The notes beneath the pieces are model-generated. The model saw only the letters and a list, made by a program, of their open reading frames with translations, made no database searches and was not told the DNA's origin. Of a stretch of 39,269 nucleotides of DNA, positions 1 to 8,620 are shown one piece after another. The translations under genes and the position numbers were made by a program. Numbering within the stretch: the stretch's first letter is position 1; the number at the start of each line of letters is the position of its first letter. The DNA comes from Gemmatimonadota bacterium (lineage in GTDB: Bacteria > Gemmatimonadota > Gemmatimonadetes > Palauibacterales > Palauibacteraceae). The stretch lies in assembly GCA_039656095.1 (NCBI GenBank), contig JBDHMQ010000006.1, forward strand, positions 1-39,269, given 5' to 3'.

Positions 1-1
1 C

Positions 2-613
2 CCATTCAGCGCGGGCGCGGAGATGCCTGAGCTTGCGCAGGCACCGTCAGTCATTCGGGAGCAGTTGCTCTTCCCGTATGTGGCGGGCCTCGAGTTCCTG
101 CAGGTCTTCTGGGGTGGTCCGGCCGGCCGAACGCCTCCGATCGGAGCAAGCATGCCTGCGACCACTGAGCAGATTCTCCACCCGGGCCAGTTTGGAACGG
201 AGAACGTTCGATCACCGGCGCCGCTACGATTCGACCGTCCGCCTCCTGATAACTGGACCGAGGTTTTTCAGGGGGGACTCGGAGAGTTCGACATTCGTCT
301 GATACTGCGCGAATTCTTGCCTTCTCGGGACATCGCCGATCAGGCAGCTGCCGGTTGGGATGGCGATATGTACCGGCTTCTGGATGGACAGGAGGGGGAG
401 AGTCTGGTCTGGATTTCGCGCTGGGACACTCCCAATGATGCTCGCGAATTCGCTGTGGCAGCGGAGCGGGCGTTTGGTGTCCGATATCAGGGTGAGCCGG
501 GCCGAAAAGTGTCGGTGCGCCGGATCGGCGAGCTGACTGTTCTCGTTCAGGACGTACCGTCGGAGCTACATGCGGGCTTGCCCTCCTCCGCTGCCAGTTA
601 CGTGGAAGAATGA
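2..613 (+). CDS. Conserved hypothetical protein, C-terminal fragment (5' end outside window)
   Basis: The frame is open from the window edge, with no stop upstream of the ATG at 23. The ORF ends at TGA 611-613, 6 nt before aroB. I cannot name a motif with confidence. Confidence 0.5.
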   Translation, partial: PFSAGAEMPELAQAPSVIREQLLFPYVAGLEFLQVFWGGPAGRTPPIGASMPATTEQILHPGQFGTENVRSPAPLRFDRPPPDNWTEVFQGGLGEFDIRLILREFLPSRDIADQAAAGWDGDMYRLLDGQEGESLVWISRWDTPNDAREFAVAAERAFGVRYQGEPGRKVSVRRIGELTVLVQDVPSELHAGLPSSAASYVEE

Positions 614-619
614 AGCGCC

Positions 620-1786
620 ATGATGAGCAGGATAAGTGACGTGTCGAATACGGTGGAAGTAACGGTTCCAGGAATTGAGCAGAGCAGCTATCCCGTCGCG
701 TTCGCCCCGGGCGGTCTGGCTGAGCTCGGTGACCGCGTCGCGGAACTGGTTCCCGCGCATCGCTATGCGTTGATCACGGACACGCATGTCGCTGGAATCT
801 ATGCAGATACAGCCATGGCAAGTCTTACGCGTGCCGGGTGTGACGCCCGGTTGTTCGTGTTTCCCTCCGGAGAGTCGAACAAGTCTCGCGCCACCTGGAG
901 CTCCGTCTCAGACGAGATGCTTGAGGCTGGATTCGGCCGCGACTCTGCGGTCATAGCACTCGGTGGCGGAGTAGTCGGAGATCTCGCTGGTTTCGTGGCC
1001 GCAACCTATATGCGCGGCATCCCGTTCGTAGTTGTTCCGACCAGCCTACTCGCGATGGTGGACGCCTCGGTCGGCGGAAAGACCGGTCTCGACACGGCCC
1101 GCGCGAAGAACTCGATCGGAGCGTTTCACCACCCTCGGCTCGTCTTGATCGATCCAGAATTGCTCACGACCCTGCCGAAAGCCCACCTCCATGCCGGACT
1201 GGCGGAAGCCGTAAAGACAGCCGCCATTCAGGACGCGCAGCGGTTCGCCTGGATCGAAGCTCATGCGGGGGCCCTGTCAGGTGGTGACCTGGATCTACTT
1301 TCCGAGCTCATTGGGGCATGTGTTACGATTAAATCGACTGTCGTTTCGCTCGATCCCCGGGAGACGGGACTGCGCCAGATCCTGAACTTCGGACACACGG
1401 CTGGGCACGCACTCGAATCCTTGGCCGGGCTATCGCTATTGCACGGCGTTGCCGTAGCTGCGGGAATGCGGGTGGAGGCGCGTATCGGAGAAGCAATCGG
1501 CGTGACTCAGCCAGGAACGGCGAGACGCCTGGATCTGGCGCTGGACGCGTGTGGTGTGCCGAATTTGCTCGACGGGTCAGTCAGGGCTACTGCATTGTTG
1601 GAGGCAGCGGCGTCGGACAAGAAAAACCGCGCGGGTCGTGCACGCTGGGTGTTTCTACGACGGATTGGAGAGGTCGCAACGGACGATTCCGGTGCGCACT
1701 CTTTCGCGCTGGATGACGGGCAAGTGTTGGAACATCTGGATACCGCTTTACGAACAGCCGCGAAAGGCGCAGATTCTACCCCCTAA
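620..1786 (+). CDS. aroB: 3-dehydroquinate synthase
   Basis: 388 aa. It carries the AroB signature block GGGVVGDLAGFVAATYMRGIPFVVVPTSLLAMVDASVGGKTG and downstream metal-binding His motifs (NFGHTAGHALE). Confidence 0.9.
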   Translation: MMSRISDVSNTVEVTVPGIEQSSYPVAFAPGGLAELGDRVAELVPAHRYALITDTHVAGIYADTAMASLTRAGCDARLFVFPSGESNKSRATWSSVSDEMLEAGFGRDSAVIALGGGVVGDLAGFVAATYMRGIPFVVVPTSLLAMVDASVGGKTGLDTARAKNSIGAFHHPRLVLIDPELLTTLPKAHLHAGLAEAVKTAAIQDAQRFAWIEAHAGALSGGDLDLLSELIGACVTIKSTVVSLDPRETGLRQILNFGHTAGHALESLAGLSLLHGVAVAAGMRVEARIGEAIGVTQPGTARRLDLALDACGVPNLLDGSVRATALLEAAASDKKNRAGRARWVFLRRIGEVATDDSGAHSFALDDGQVLEHLDTALRTAAKGADSTP

Positions 1787-3432
1787 TGGACAGTACTACC
1801 TCCACATCTGAGGTGCGCCCGCTGCGTCACCTGACAGATCTCGCCAGCGTATTCCGCGCCACGGTCGCCGCACAACCCGATGCGCCGTTGCTGTATCACG
1901 GTGCCCGCGTGTGGACCTATTCGGACGTTGCGGCTGATGCTCGTGCGCTTGCGTCAGCGTTTCAGGACGTCGGTGTCGAAAAGGGTGACCGGATAGCAGT
2001 CCATCTGCCGAACCTGCCGGAAACCGTCGCAACGATCATTGCTGCGGCTGAACTCGGAGCCTGGATCGTACCTGTAAATCCCCAGTCTTCACCACGTGAG
2101 TTGCGTTTTGTGCTTCGCAACACGGAAGCAACGATTGCGGTAATCGCCGAGCGGCATGGTGGTGTTGAGTACCTGGAGCTGTTCGAGTCCATGCTCCCGG
2201 ATCTTCCGTGCCTTCAATACCTCGCCACGGTTGGCGAAGAAGACTTGTGGTACGACGATCGAATTTTCCAATTCGAAGACCTTGTCTCCGCGGGTCGCGG
2301 ACTGAGCTTTGAACCTATCGCGGTTGGGACGGATGATCCTCTCGCGGTCCTGTACACGGCGGGCACATCGCAAAAGCAAAAAGGTGTGGTACTGAGCCAC
2401 GGGAATCTGTTGCATGCTGCCGAGGCCACGGCGACCGCCCTGGGGATGGGTTCCGATGATAAGACCCTCTGCTGCGTACCGCTGTTCAACATTTTCGGGC
2501 TTGGAGCCGCACTGCTTCCGACGCTCGTTACGGGCGGGTCCCTGGTCTTGCAGGAGCAGTTCAATGCGGCAGAAGCAATCGATCTGATCGAGTCGCACAA
2601 TCCGACGGTGCTCCATGGCGTACCGACAATGTTCGTACTGATGCTTCGAGAACTGGCGACACGGAATGTGGATGTGTCCTCGTTGCGAACCGGAATAATC
2701 GCCGGTGCACCGGTGGCGCCGGAACTGGCCGATAAGATCCGGAGTGAATTCGTACCGCAGCTTGAGATCGCTTACGGACTGACGGAGACATCGTCGACTG
2801 CCACGATTACCCGGCCGACCGATGGTGAAAGCCGGTCACACAGTGTCGGAAGCCCGATACAAGACCTTGAACTGTGCATCCTGGACGGAGATGAATGCCA
2901 GCTCGAGACGGGCGTGGTTGGACAGATAGCAATCCGCGGTCCGAGCGTCATGCAGGGCTATTTCCGGCAGCCTGCCACGACACGCGCGGCGCTGACCGCC
3001 GACGGATTCTTGCGTACTGGGGACCTCGGTAGCGTTGACGCGGCCGGGTTTTTGCGTATAGTAGGGCGCGAAAGCGATGTAATCATCCGCGGCGGATATA
3101 GTGTTCACCCCCGCGAAATTGAAGATTACCTGCGTTCGCACCCGGCGGTGGACGAGGTGGTGGTGGTTGGGGTGCCGAATGAAGTACTCGGCGAACTCAT
3201 CTGCGCCTGCGTCATCCCGGTCGAAGGTGCGCTGGTCTCAAGAGACGAGATCCGGCAGCATTGTCGACCGGCCCTCGCGGAGTACAAGCTCCCCGATCTC
3301 GTCCGCTTCCTCGAAGAATTTCCCCTCTCCGAGGATGGCCATCCGCAGCGAGCTGAATTGGCCCGCGCGATGCGACTGTACGATACGGCCGCCGAAGGGG
3401 AACCCGACCTTCCGAGGTGCGGGGACAACTAG
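1786..3432 (+). CDS. AMP-dependent acyl-CoA synthetase/ligase (class I adenylate-forming enzyme)
   Basis: 548 aa. It has the AMP-binding motif LYTAGTSQKQKGVVLSHGNL, YGLTETS, and the C-terminal GDLG...GR..D motifs. Its start overlaps the aroB stop (TAATG). Confidence 0.85.
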   Translation: MDSTTSTSEVRPLRHLTDLASVFRATVAAQPDAPLLYHGARVWTYSDVAADARALASAFQDVGVEKGDRIAVHLPNLPETVATIIAAAELGAWIVPVNPQSSPRELRFVLRNTEATIAVIAERHGGVEYLELFESMLPDLPCLQYLATVGEEDLWYDDRIFQFEDLVSAGRGLSFEPIAVGTDDPLAVLYTAGTSQKQKGVVLSHGNLLHAAEATATALGMGSDDKTLCCVPLFNIFGLGAALLPTLVTGGSLVLQEQFNAAEAIDLIESHNPTVLHGVPTMFVLMLRELATRNVDVSSLRTGIIAGAPVAPELADKIRSEFVPQLEIAYGLTETSSTATITRPTDGESRSHSVGSPIQDLELCILDGDECQLETGVVGQIAIRGPSVMQGYFRQPATTRAALTADGFLRTGDLGSVDAAGFLRIVGRESDVIIRGGYSVHPREIEDYLRSHPAVDEVVVVGVPNEVLGELICACVIPVEGALVSRDEIRQHCRPALAEYKLPDLVRFLEEFPLSEDGHPQRAELARAMRLYDTAAEGEPDLPRCGDN

Positions 3433-3456
3433 AACGAGAGACTCTTCGCATCATCC

Positions 3457-3475
3457 CCCCCGGACAATCCGGGGG
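3457..3475 (+). other. GC-rich hairpin after the acyl-CoA ligase gene (possible terminator lacking a U-tract)
   Basis: CCCCCGGA-CAA-TCCGGGGG is a perfect 8-bp stem located 25 nt after the stop at 3432. No T-run follows it. Confidence 0.35.
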
Positions 3476-3567
3476 CGAGATCGACGGGCCTCTCCTCCGC
3501 ATTCTTGGCGGAGCTGCACATTGAAACGGCTGTATGAGAACAGCCGCACAGAAAGCAGACGAGAGGT

Positions 3568-5577
3568 ATGAACGAAGTATTTACCCGAGCGCCACATTTG
3601 CGCTCCCCGGTCGTGGAGCAATCTCCGCACGCGGCCTTGATGATCGATTTTGACAACGTCACCATGGGAATCCGGTCGAATCTCGGCCAGGAAATCCGAA
3701 AACTCCTTGAATCAGACGTTATCCGAGGCAAAGTGTCCGTGCAGCGGGCTTATGCCGATTGGCGTCGCTACCCGCAGTATATCGTCCCATTATCTGAGGC
3801 GTCGGTCGATCTGATCTTCGCGCCGGCCTACGGATCCTCGAAGAAAAATGCGACGGACATTCGCCTGGCCATCGACGCAGTGGAGATTGTGTTCACTCGG
3901 CCCGAGATCGGCACCTTTATCCTCCTGTCGGGAGATTCTGATTTCTCCAGCCTGGTGCTGAAGCTGAAGGAGTACGGCAAGTATGTTATCGGCGTCGGGA
4001 TGAAGGAATCCAGTTCCGATTTGCTCGTGCAGAATTGCGATGAGTACTACAGCTATAACAGCCTGTCCGGTCTAACGGCAGAGTCGGACGTAAAGACAGA
4101 AACGTTTGATCCATGGGTGCTGGCAGGTCGCACAATCCAGCGTATGGTGGAGCGCAAGGACGTGATGCGATCAGATCGTTTCAAGCAAGTCATGCTCGAG
4201 TTTGACTCATCGTTCAGCGAGCGGTCCCTGGGGTTCAGCAAGTTCAACCGCTTCCTTAGTGAGGCGGCATCCCGCGGTATCATTACGCTGGAAAAGGGTG
4301 CAAACGGACAGTACGAAGTGGCGCCTGGTGCCCGAGCTGACGAAATGGCCAAGCGCTCGCATTCGGGCCCGGAACCGACCGTTCAGGCCCGTTCAACGCC
4401 CAGAAGCTCATCGTCGCGCTCACGCGGCAGCCGGGGGCGTAGAGGCGGATCACGACGTGCGTCAACCGATGCTGTTCGAGAGGCACCACCGTCTGATCAG
4501 CCCGCACCAGAGGTCGATGAAGATCGGTTGCGTACCGCGTATTCACTTCTGCAGGGCGTCGTCGGAGACCTCGCTACAGGCAAAGAGGCGGTGCGTGATT
4601 CCGAAATCAAGCGGCAGATGTTGAAGCGCGACCCGCAGTTCGATGAAGCTACTCTCGGATTTCGGAAGTTCAGTCGGTTCCTGCGGCAGGCACACGACGA
4701 GGGGATCATCAATCTGGAGCAGGGGGCAGAGGGAAATTATCTTCTGTCGCCGATCGCTGGTTCAGCAAGCCCCACGCCGACGAGCGAGGCTGATATCACT
4801 CAGCAGCAGCCTGCATCCGAGCCGCGTGAGCGGTCTTCAGGCCGGAGAGGGCGCGGCGGCAGGGGTCGGTCGCGGTCCGGTGCCGGTCGAGACTCCAGCG
4901 AATCACGTCCGACTCCGGAGACAGAGGTCGTAGCCCCGGAAGCTGAGGTTGCTGCGACGGCGCCAGAAGTCACGGCCCCGGAAGCTGAGGCTGCTGCTCC
5001 GGAGCCAGAAGTCACGGCTCCAGAAGCTGAGGTTGCTGCTCCGGAGCCAGAAGTCACGGCTCCAGAAGCTGAGGTCGCTGCTACGGCGCCGGAGCCGACT
5101 GAGCCGGTGATCGAACCGGAGGCTCCCGTAGTTGAATCCACGCCGAAAGCCAAACCGCGAGCTGGTCTCGGCCGCGGCAGGAGTGGTTCACGAGGACGAT
5201 CGCCACGCAAGCCTTCTTCCACGCCGCCTTCAAGTTCGCCGGCTGCACCAGTCGCCGCTCCTGTGTCAAAGGATCGGGAGGAACAGAAAGCCAGCCCACC
5301 AAAGGAAAAAGTCAAACCTCGCGCACGATCTGAGCGAGCGCCGTCCTCTCCTTCGAAGACAGCAGCGAAGTATAGAAGCCAAATCGATCAGATGTCGAAG
5401 GCGTATCCCAGTGTCGGACGCCGCACGGCAGAACGCTTGTTCGAAGAATTCGGTGACGAGCTTCTTGCGGTAATCGATACTCAGCCCGAGCGGATCAAGG
5501 CGATTCTGCCTGAGCATCGGGCCCGAGCAGTCATTGACGGTCGGAAGGCTCAACGCGAGTCCAACGACGCGAGTTGA
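3568..5577 (+). CDS. NYN (LabA-like) nuclease domain protein with two OST-HTH/LOTUS-like modules, RS/RGG-rich and PEA-repeat low-complexity regions, and a C-terminal HhH-like segment
   Basis: 669 aa. The N-terminus (MIDFDN ... LLSGDSDFSSLVLKLKEYGKYVIGVG) is typical of NYN/LabA. Two paralogous modules are present (LGFSKFNRFLSEAASRGIITLEKGANGQYEV and LGFRKFSRFLRQAHDEGIINLEQGAEGNYLL). It also has RGRRGGSRR/GRRGRGGRGRSRSG tracts, and the C-terminus reads AERLFEEFGDELLAVID. Confidence 0.8.
   Translation: MNEVFTRAPHLRSPVVEQSPHAALMIDFDNVTMGIRSNLGQEIRKLLESDVIRGKVSVQRAYADWRRYPQYIVPLSEASVDLIFAPAYGSSKKNATDIRLAIDAVEIVFTRPEIGTFILLSGDSDFSSLVLKLKEYGKYVIGVGMKESSSDLLVQNCDEYYSYNSLSGLTAESDVKTETFDPWVLAGRTIQRMVERKDVMRSDRFKQVMLEFDSSFSERSLGFSKFNRFLSEAASRGIITLEKGANGQYEVAPGARADEMAKRSHSGPEPTVQARSTPRSSSSRSRGSRGRRGGSRRASTDAVREAPPSDQPAPEVDEDRLRTAYSLLQGVVGDLATGKEAVRDSEIKRQMLKRDPQFDEATLGFRKFSRFLRQAHDEGIINLEQGAEGNYLLSPIAGSASPTPTSEADITQQQPASEPRERSSGRRGRGGRGRSRSGAGRDSSESRPTPETEVVAPEAEVAATAPEVTAPEAEAAAPEPEVTAPEAEVAAPEPEVTAPEAEVAATAPEPTEPVIEPEAPVVESTPKAKPRAGLGRGRSGSRGRSPRKPSSTPPSSSPAAPVAAPVSKDREEQKASPPKEKVKPRARSERAPSSPSKTAAKYRSQIDQMSKAYPSVGRRTAERLFEEFGDELLAVIDTQPERIKAILPEHRARAVIDGRKAQRESNDAS
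4933..5100 (+). repeat. In-frame tandem repeat, 42 nt x 4 (14-aa unit APEAEVAA(T/P)(A/E)PEVT)
   Basis: Four consecutive near-identical 42-nt units can be read directly in the sequence. Copies 2 and 3 differ at only a few positions. Confidence 0.9.
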
Positions 5578-5581
5578 GTGC

Positions 5582-6154
5582 GTGGAGCCGGGTTTCTACG
5601 ATCACTCGGCAGTCGAGGTAGCTCGAGACCTATTGGGCTGTGTGCTGACTCGAGACCATCCTGGAGACGGTGTCGTAGCGGGTCGGATCGTTGAGACAGA
5701 GGCCTATACAGGCTTGAACGATCCGGCTTCCCACTCGGCGGCGCGGATCGGTCGCACCCGGAGAAATGATCCATTATTCGGCCCGCCGGGCACTGCCTAT
5801 GTCCACCTCAATTACGGTGTGCACTGGTGCCTCAACGCAGTTGCAGGACCAGAAGGAGTCCCGGAGGGTGTGCTGATTCGAGCCCTTGAGCCGCTGACTG
5901 GTGAGGTTACGATGCGTCGTCGTCGCGCTGGCCGATCGGATCTTACCAACGGCCCCGGCCGCCTGACACAAGCGCTTGCAGTGGGTCCTGAATTTCAACG
6001 CCATTCTCTGAATACTGAACCGCTTCGCATCAGGCGCGGTGAACACGTTCCAGACCAGCATGTGCGTCGGTCCCCTCGTATTGGAATCAGTCGGGCGACG
6101 GACAGGCTGTATCGGTTTACGGACGACCGTAGTGCCTGGTTGTCACGAAGATGA
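5582..6154 (+). CDS. mpg: DNA-3-methyladenine glycosylase (MPG/AAG family)
   Basis: The motifs FYDHSAVEVARDLLGCVL, GRIVETEAYTG..DPASHS and GTAYVHLNYGVHWCLN match the MPG family. The GTG at 5582, 4 nt after the upstream stop, gives the family-typical N-terminus. The longest ORF starts at TTG 5534. Confidence 0.85.
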   Translation: MEPGFYDHSAVEVARDLLGCVLTRDHPGDGVVAGRIVETEAYTGLNDPASHSAARIGRTRRNDPLFGPPGTAYVHLNYGVHWCLNAVAGPEGVPEGVLIRALEPLTGEVTMRRRRAGRSDLTNGPGRLTQALAVGPEFQRHSLNTEPLRIRRGEHVPDQHVRRSPRIGISRATDRLYRFTDDRSAWLSRR

Positions 6155-7197
6155 GTATGCTGACACCGGAGGAAGCCCGGAGACTCCACGCCGACAGCTT
6201 CGTTTTTGACGGGCACAACGACGTCGCAGGGCCCTGGAGCCGCGGCGAGTCGCTCGATGACCGACATGGACGGGGGCATCTTGATCTGAAGCGGATGCGT
6301 GAAGGTGGTTTCGACGGTGGCGTGTTCGCGGTGTATGTCGACCCGGCGCAGGACGATCCACTGGGACGGACGATCTCCGGAGTCCGGCAACTGCGGGCCG
6401 CACTTGAAGCCCACCCGGCGTTTCGACTCGTTCTTGCAGCGACGGATCTCGAGCAGCCGGACGACCGAATTGCAGCTGTGATTGGTGTAGAGGGGGGCTA
6501 TGCCATCGAGGACGATTTGGGCGTGGTCGATGATCTGTTCGACGAGGGTATGCGTTGCCTGACGCTCACCTGGAATGAGCCGACTTCCTGGGCAGACGCC
6601 GCCGGAACCGAGCTACATGGCGGACTGACCCATTTCGGTCAGCAACTGGTCGATCGACTCCAGCGCCTGGGAGTATTGATTGACCTGAGCCACGCAGCTG
6701 ATAGCACCGTAGATAACGTGATCGAGCGCGCAGACAGGCCGGTGGTTTCGTCACATACTGGTATGCGGCGCTTGGCACCGCTTCCAAGAAATATTTCTGA
6801 CACACAACTCGAGGCCATCGCCGAGACCGGCGGCCTGGTCGGAATTTCGTTGTTCAATGGCCATCTTGATGCCGATTTTGAGGAGCGATGCACTCCATTA
6901 CGTGCGCGTCAATTCGCTGACGCGGAGGAACTGGCAACGGCAGTGCTGGCTGAAGTAGGTACGCTGCCCATGTCGATCGTAGTGGATCACGTTCGGCATG
7001 CCGTGCGTATCGTCGGGTCAGATCACATCGGGCTGGGCACGGATTTCGACGGGATGTGGGCGTTGCCAGAAGGCCTGGAGGACGTATCCCGGCTTCCGGA
7101 TTTATCGGTGGCCCTGACTGAGGTGTTTGACGCCGACAGTCTTACGGCATTTCTTGGGATGAACTGGACGCGCGTATTGCGCGCTGCACTTCCCTGA
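6151..7197 (+). CDS. Membrane dipeptidase (peptidase M19, renal-dipeptidase family)
   Basis: 348 aa with DGHNDV, IDLSHA, SSHTG and GLGTDFDG motifs. An ATGA overlap joins it to the mpg stop. Confidence 0.85.
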   Translation: MSMLTPEEARRLHADSFVFDGHNDVAGPWSRGESLDDRHGRGHLDLKRMREGGFDGGVFAVYVDPAQDDPLGRTISGVRQLRAALEAHPAFRLVLAATDLEQPDDRIAAVIGVEGGYAIEDDLGVVDDLFDEGMRCLTLTWNEPTSWADAAGTELHGGLTHFGQQLVDRLQRLGVLIDLSHAADSTVDNVIERADRPVVSSHTGMRRLAPLPRNISDTQLEAIAETGGLVGISLFNGHLDADFEERCTPLRARQFADAEELATAVLAEVGTLPMSIVVDHVRHAVRIVGSDHIGLGTDFDGMWALPEGLEDVSRLPDLSVALTEVFDADSLTAFLGMNWTRVLRAALP

Positions 7198-7309
7198 CTG
7201 GAGGCATCTCATCGACACCGGCTTCGTCTCGCTGCTGCCTCCCCTGTTCGCAATTGGCCTCGCAATCTGGACAAGGCAAGTCTATCTGTCCCTCGCGGCA
7301 GGCGTCTGG

Positions 7310-8620
7310 ATGGGCTGGACGATTCTTGCGGGCTGGAATCCCTTTGCAGGCATGGCGGGCGCGATCGACGGCACTCTGGCCATGGCGACGGATCCTGGAA
7401 CTGCGTCCGTACTCCTATTCACATTCACGATCGGTGCACTGATCGCGCTGGTCGAAGCGAACGGTGGTGTAAGAGGGTTCGTCGAGTGGGTGGAGCGACG
7501 ACGATTCGTGACAAATGGTCGTCGAGCCCAGATTCTCGCGTGGGTGTTGGGCCTCGTGATCTTCATCGAGTCGAACATCACGGTGCTGGTCGCGGGCTCG
7601 ATTTGCCGTCCGTTGTTTGACCGATTCCAGGTGTCGCGTGAGAAGCTGGCCTACCTGATCGATTCGACGTCTGCGCCCGTGTGCACGCTTATCCCGTTCA
7701 ATGCCTGGGGCGCCTACATCCTGACCTTGCTCATAGCGCTGGATGTCGAGCCGGCGGTGCCGGTGTTCGTTGCCTCGATTCCCTTGAATTTCTACGCGCT
7801 GTCGGCTATCGGTCTGGCCTTCTACTCGGCAACCCGGGCGAATGACATCGGGCCCATGGCAGCGGCACAGGACCGGACGGCAGAAGGAAAGCTGCACTGG
7901 GACCATGCCATAGCTCTGGCGGATCCGGCTGAGATTGCACCACCACCGGCGGAGGGGACACCCCTACGGGCCGTGAACATGGTTCTGCCTATCGTCGTCA
8001 TGGTCTTGATGATGCCAACAGCGATGTACATCACGGGAGACGGAGACCTCTTGGCTGGGTCAGGCTCACTGTCTGTGCTGTGGGCGGTCCTGGCTGCGCT
8101 CGCCACGGTAAGTATCCTTTCCCTGGTTCAGAAACTGCTCACCGTCGAGGAAATCAGTTCGGTCGCGCTCAAGGGTGCCGGTGGACTCACGGGAATGGCG
8201 CTGGTGTTACTGCTTGCCGTCACGCTGGGTGCGGTCACCCGGGAACTCGGCACGGGAGAATACGTCGCGGGCCTGGTGGGCGATCGATTGCCTGTTCCTG
8301 TTCTTCTACCCCTCATCTTCCTCACGGGCGGGGCAATAGCGTTTGCTACCGGCACCAGCTGGGGCACGTTCGCGATCATGATTCCGATTGCGGTACCAGT
8401 AGCTCTCACGATGGGACTACCGCTCGCTCCGTTTGTCGCAGCGTCCCTTTCGGGTGGCGTATTCGGCGATCACGCGAGTCCGATCAGCGATACGACGATC
8501 ATGTCGTCGCTTGCCTCATCATCGGACCACATCGAGCACGTGCGTACCCAGCTTCCGTACGCATTGCTCGCTGGCGGTATGGCGATCGTGGGATTCGCGA
8601 TTACCGGGATGTTTATCTAG
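7310..8620 (+). CDS. Na+/H+ antiporter NhaC-family membrane protein (canonical-start ORF; the N-terminus probably extends upstream)
   Basis: Polytopic membrane protein with the GDHASPISDTTIMSS motif typical of NhaC. In-frame upstream codons 7199-7309 encode a family-typical first helix but contain no ATG/GTG/TTG (see findings). Confidence 0.8.
   Translation: MGWTILAGWNPFAGMAGAIDGTLAMATDPGTASVLLFTFTIGALIALVEANGGVRGFVEWVERRRFVTNGRRAQILAWVLGLVIFIESNITVLVAGSICRPLFDRFQVSREKLAYLIDSTSAPVCTLIPFNAWGAYILTLLIALDVEPAVPVFVASIPLNFYALSAIGLAFYSATRANDIGPMAAAQDRTAEGKLHWDHAIALADPAEIAPPPAEGTPLRAVNMVLPIVVMVLMMPTAMYITGDGDLLAGSGSLSVLWAVLAALATVSILSLVQKLLTVEEISSVALKGAGGLTGMALVLLLAVTLGAVTRELGTGEYVAGLVGDRLPVPVLLPLIFLTGGAIAFATGTSWGTFAIMIPIAVPVALTMGLPLAPFVAASLSGGVFGDHASPISDTTIMSSLASSSDHIEHVRTQLPYALLAGGMAIVGFAITGMFI

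Noticed and set aside
3503-3520. TTGGCGGAGCTGCACA upstream of the NYN gene looked like a sigma-54 -24/-12 element.
   Set aside because: The GG-to-GC spacing is 3 nt too short relative to TGGCAC-N5-TTGC, and the -24 box is TGGCGG. It is not a credible RpoN site.
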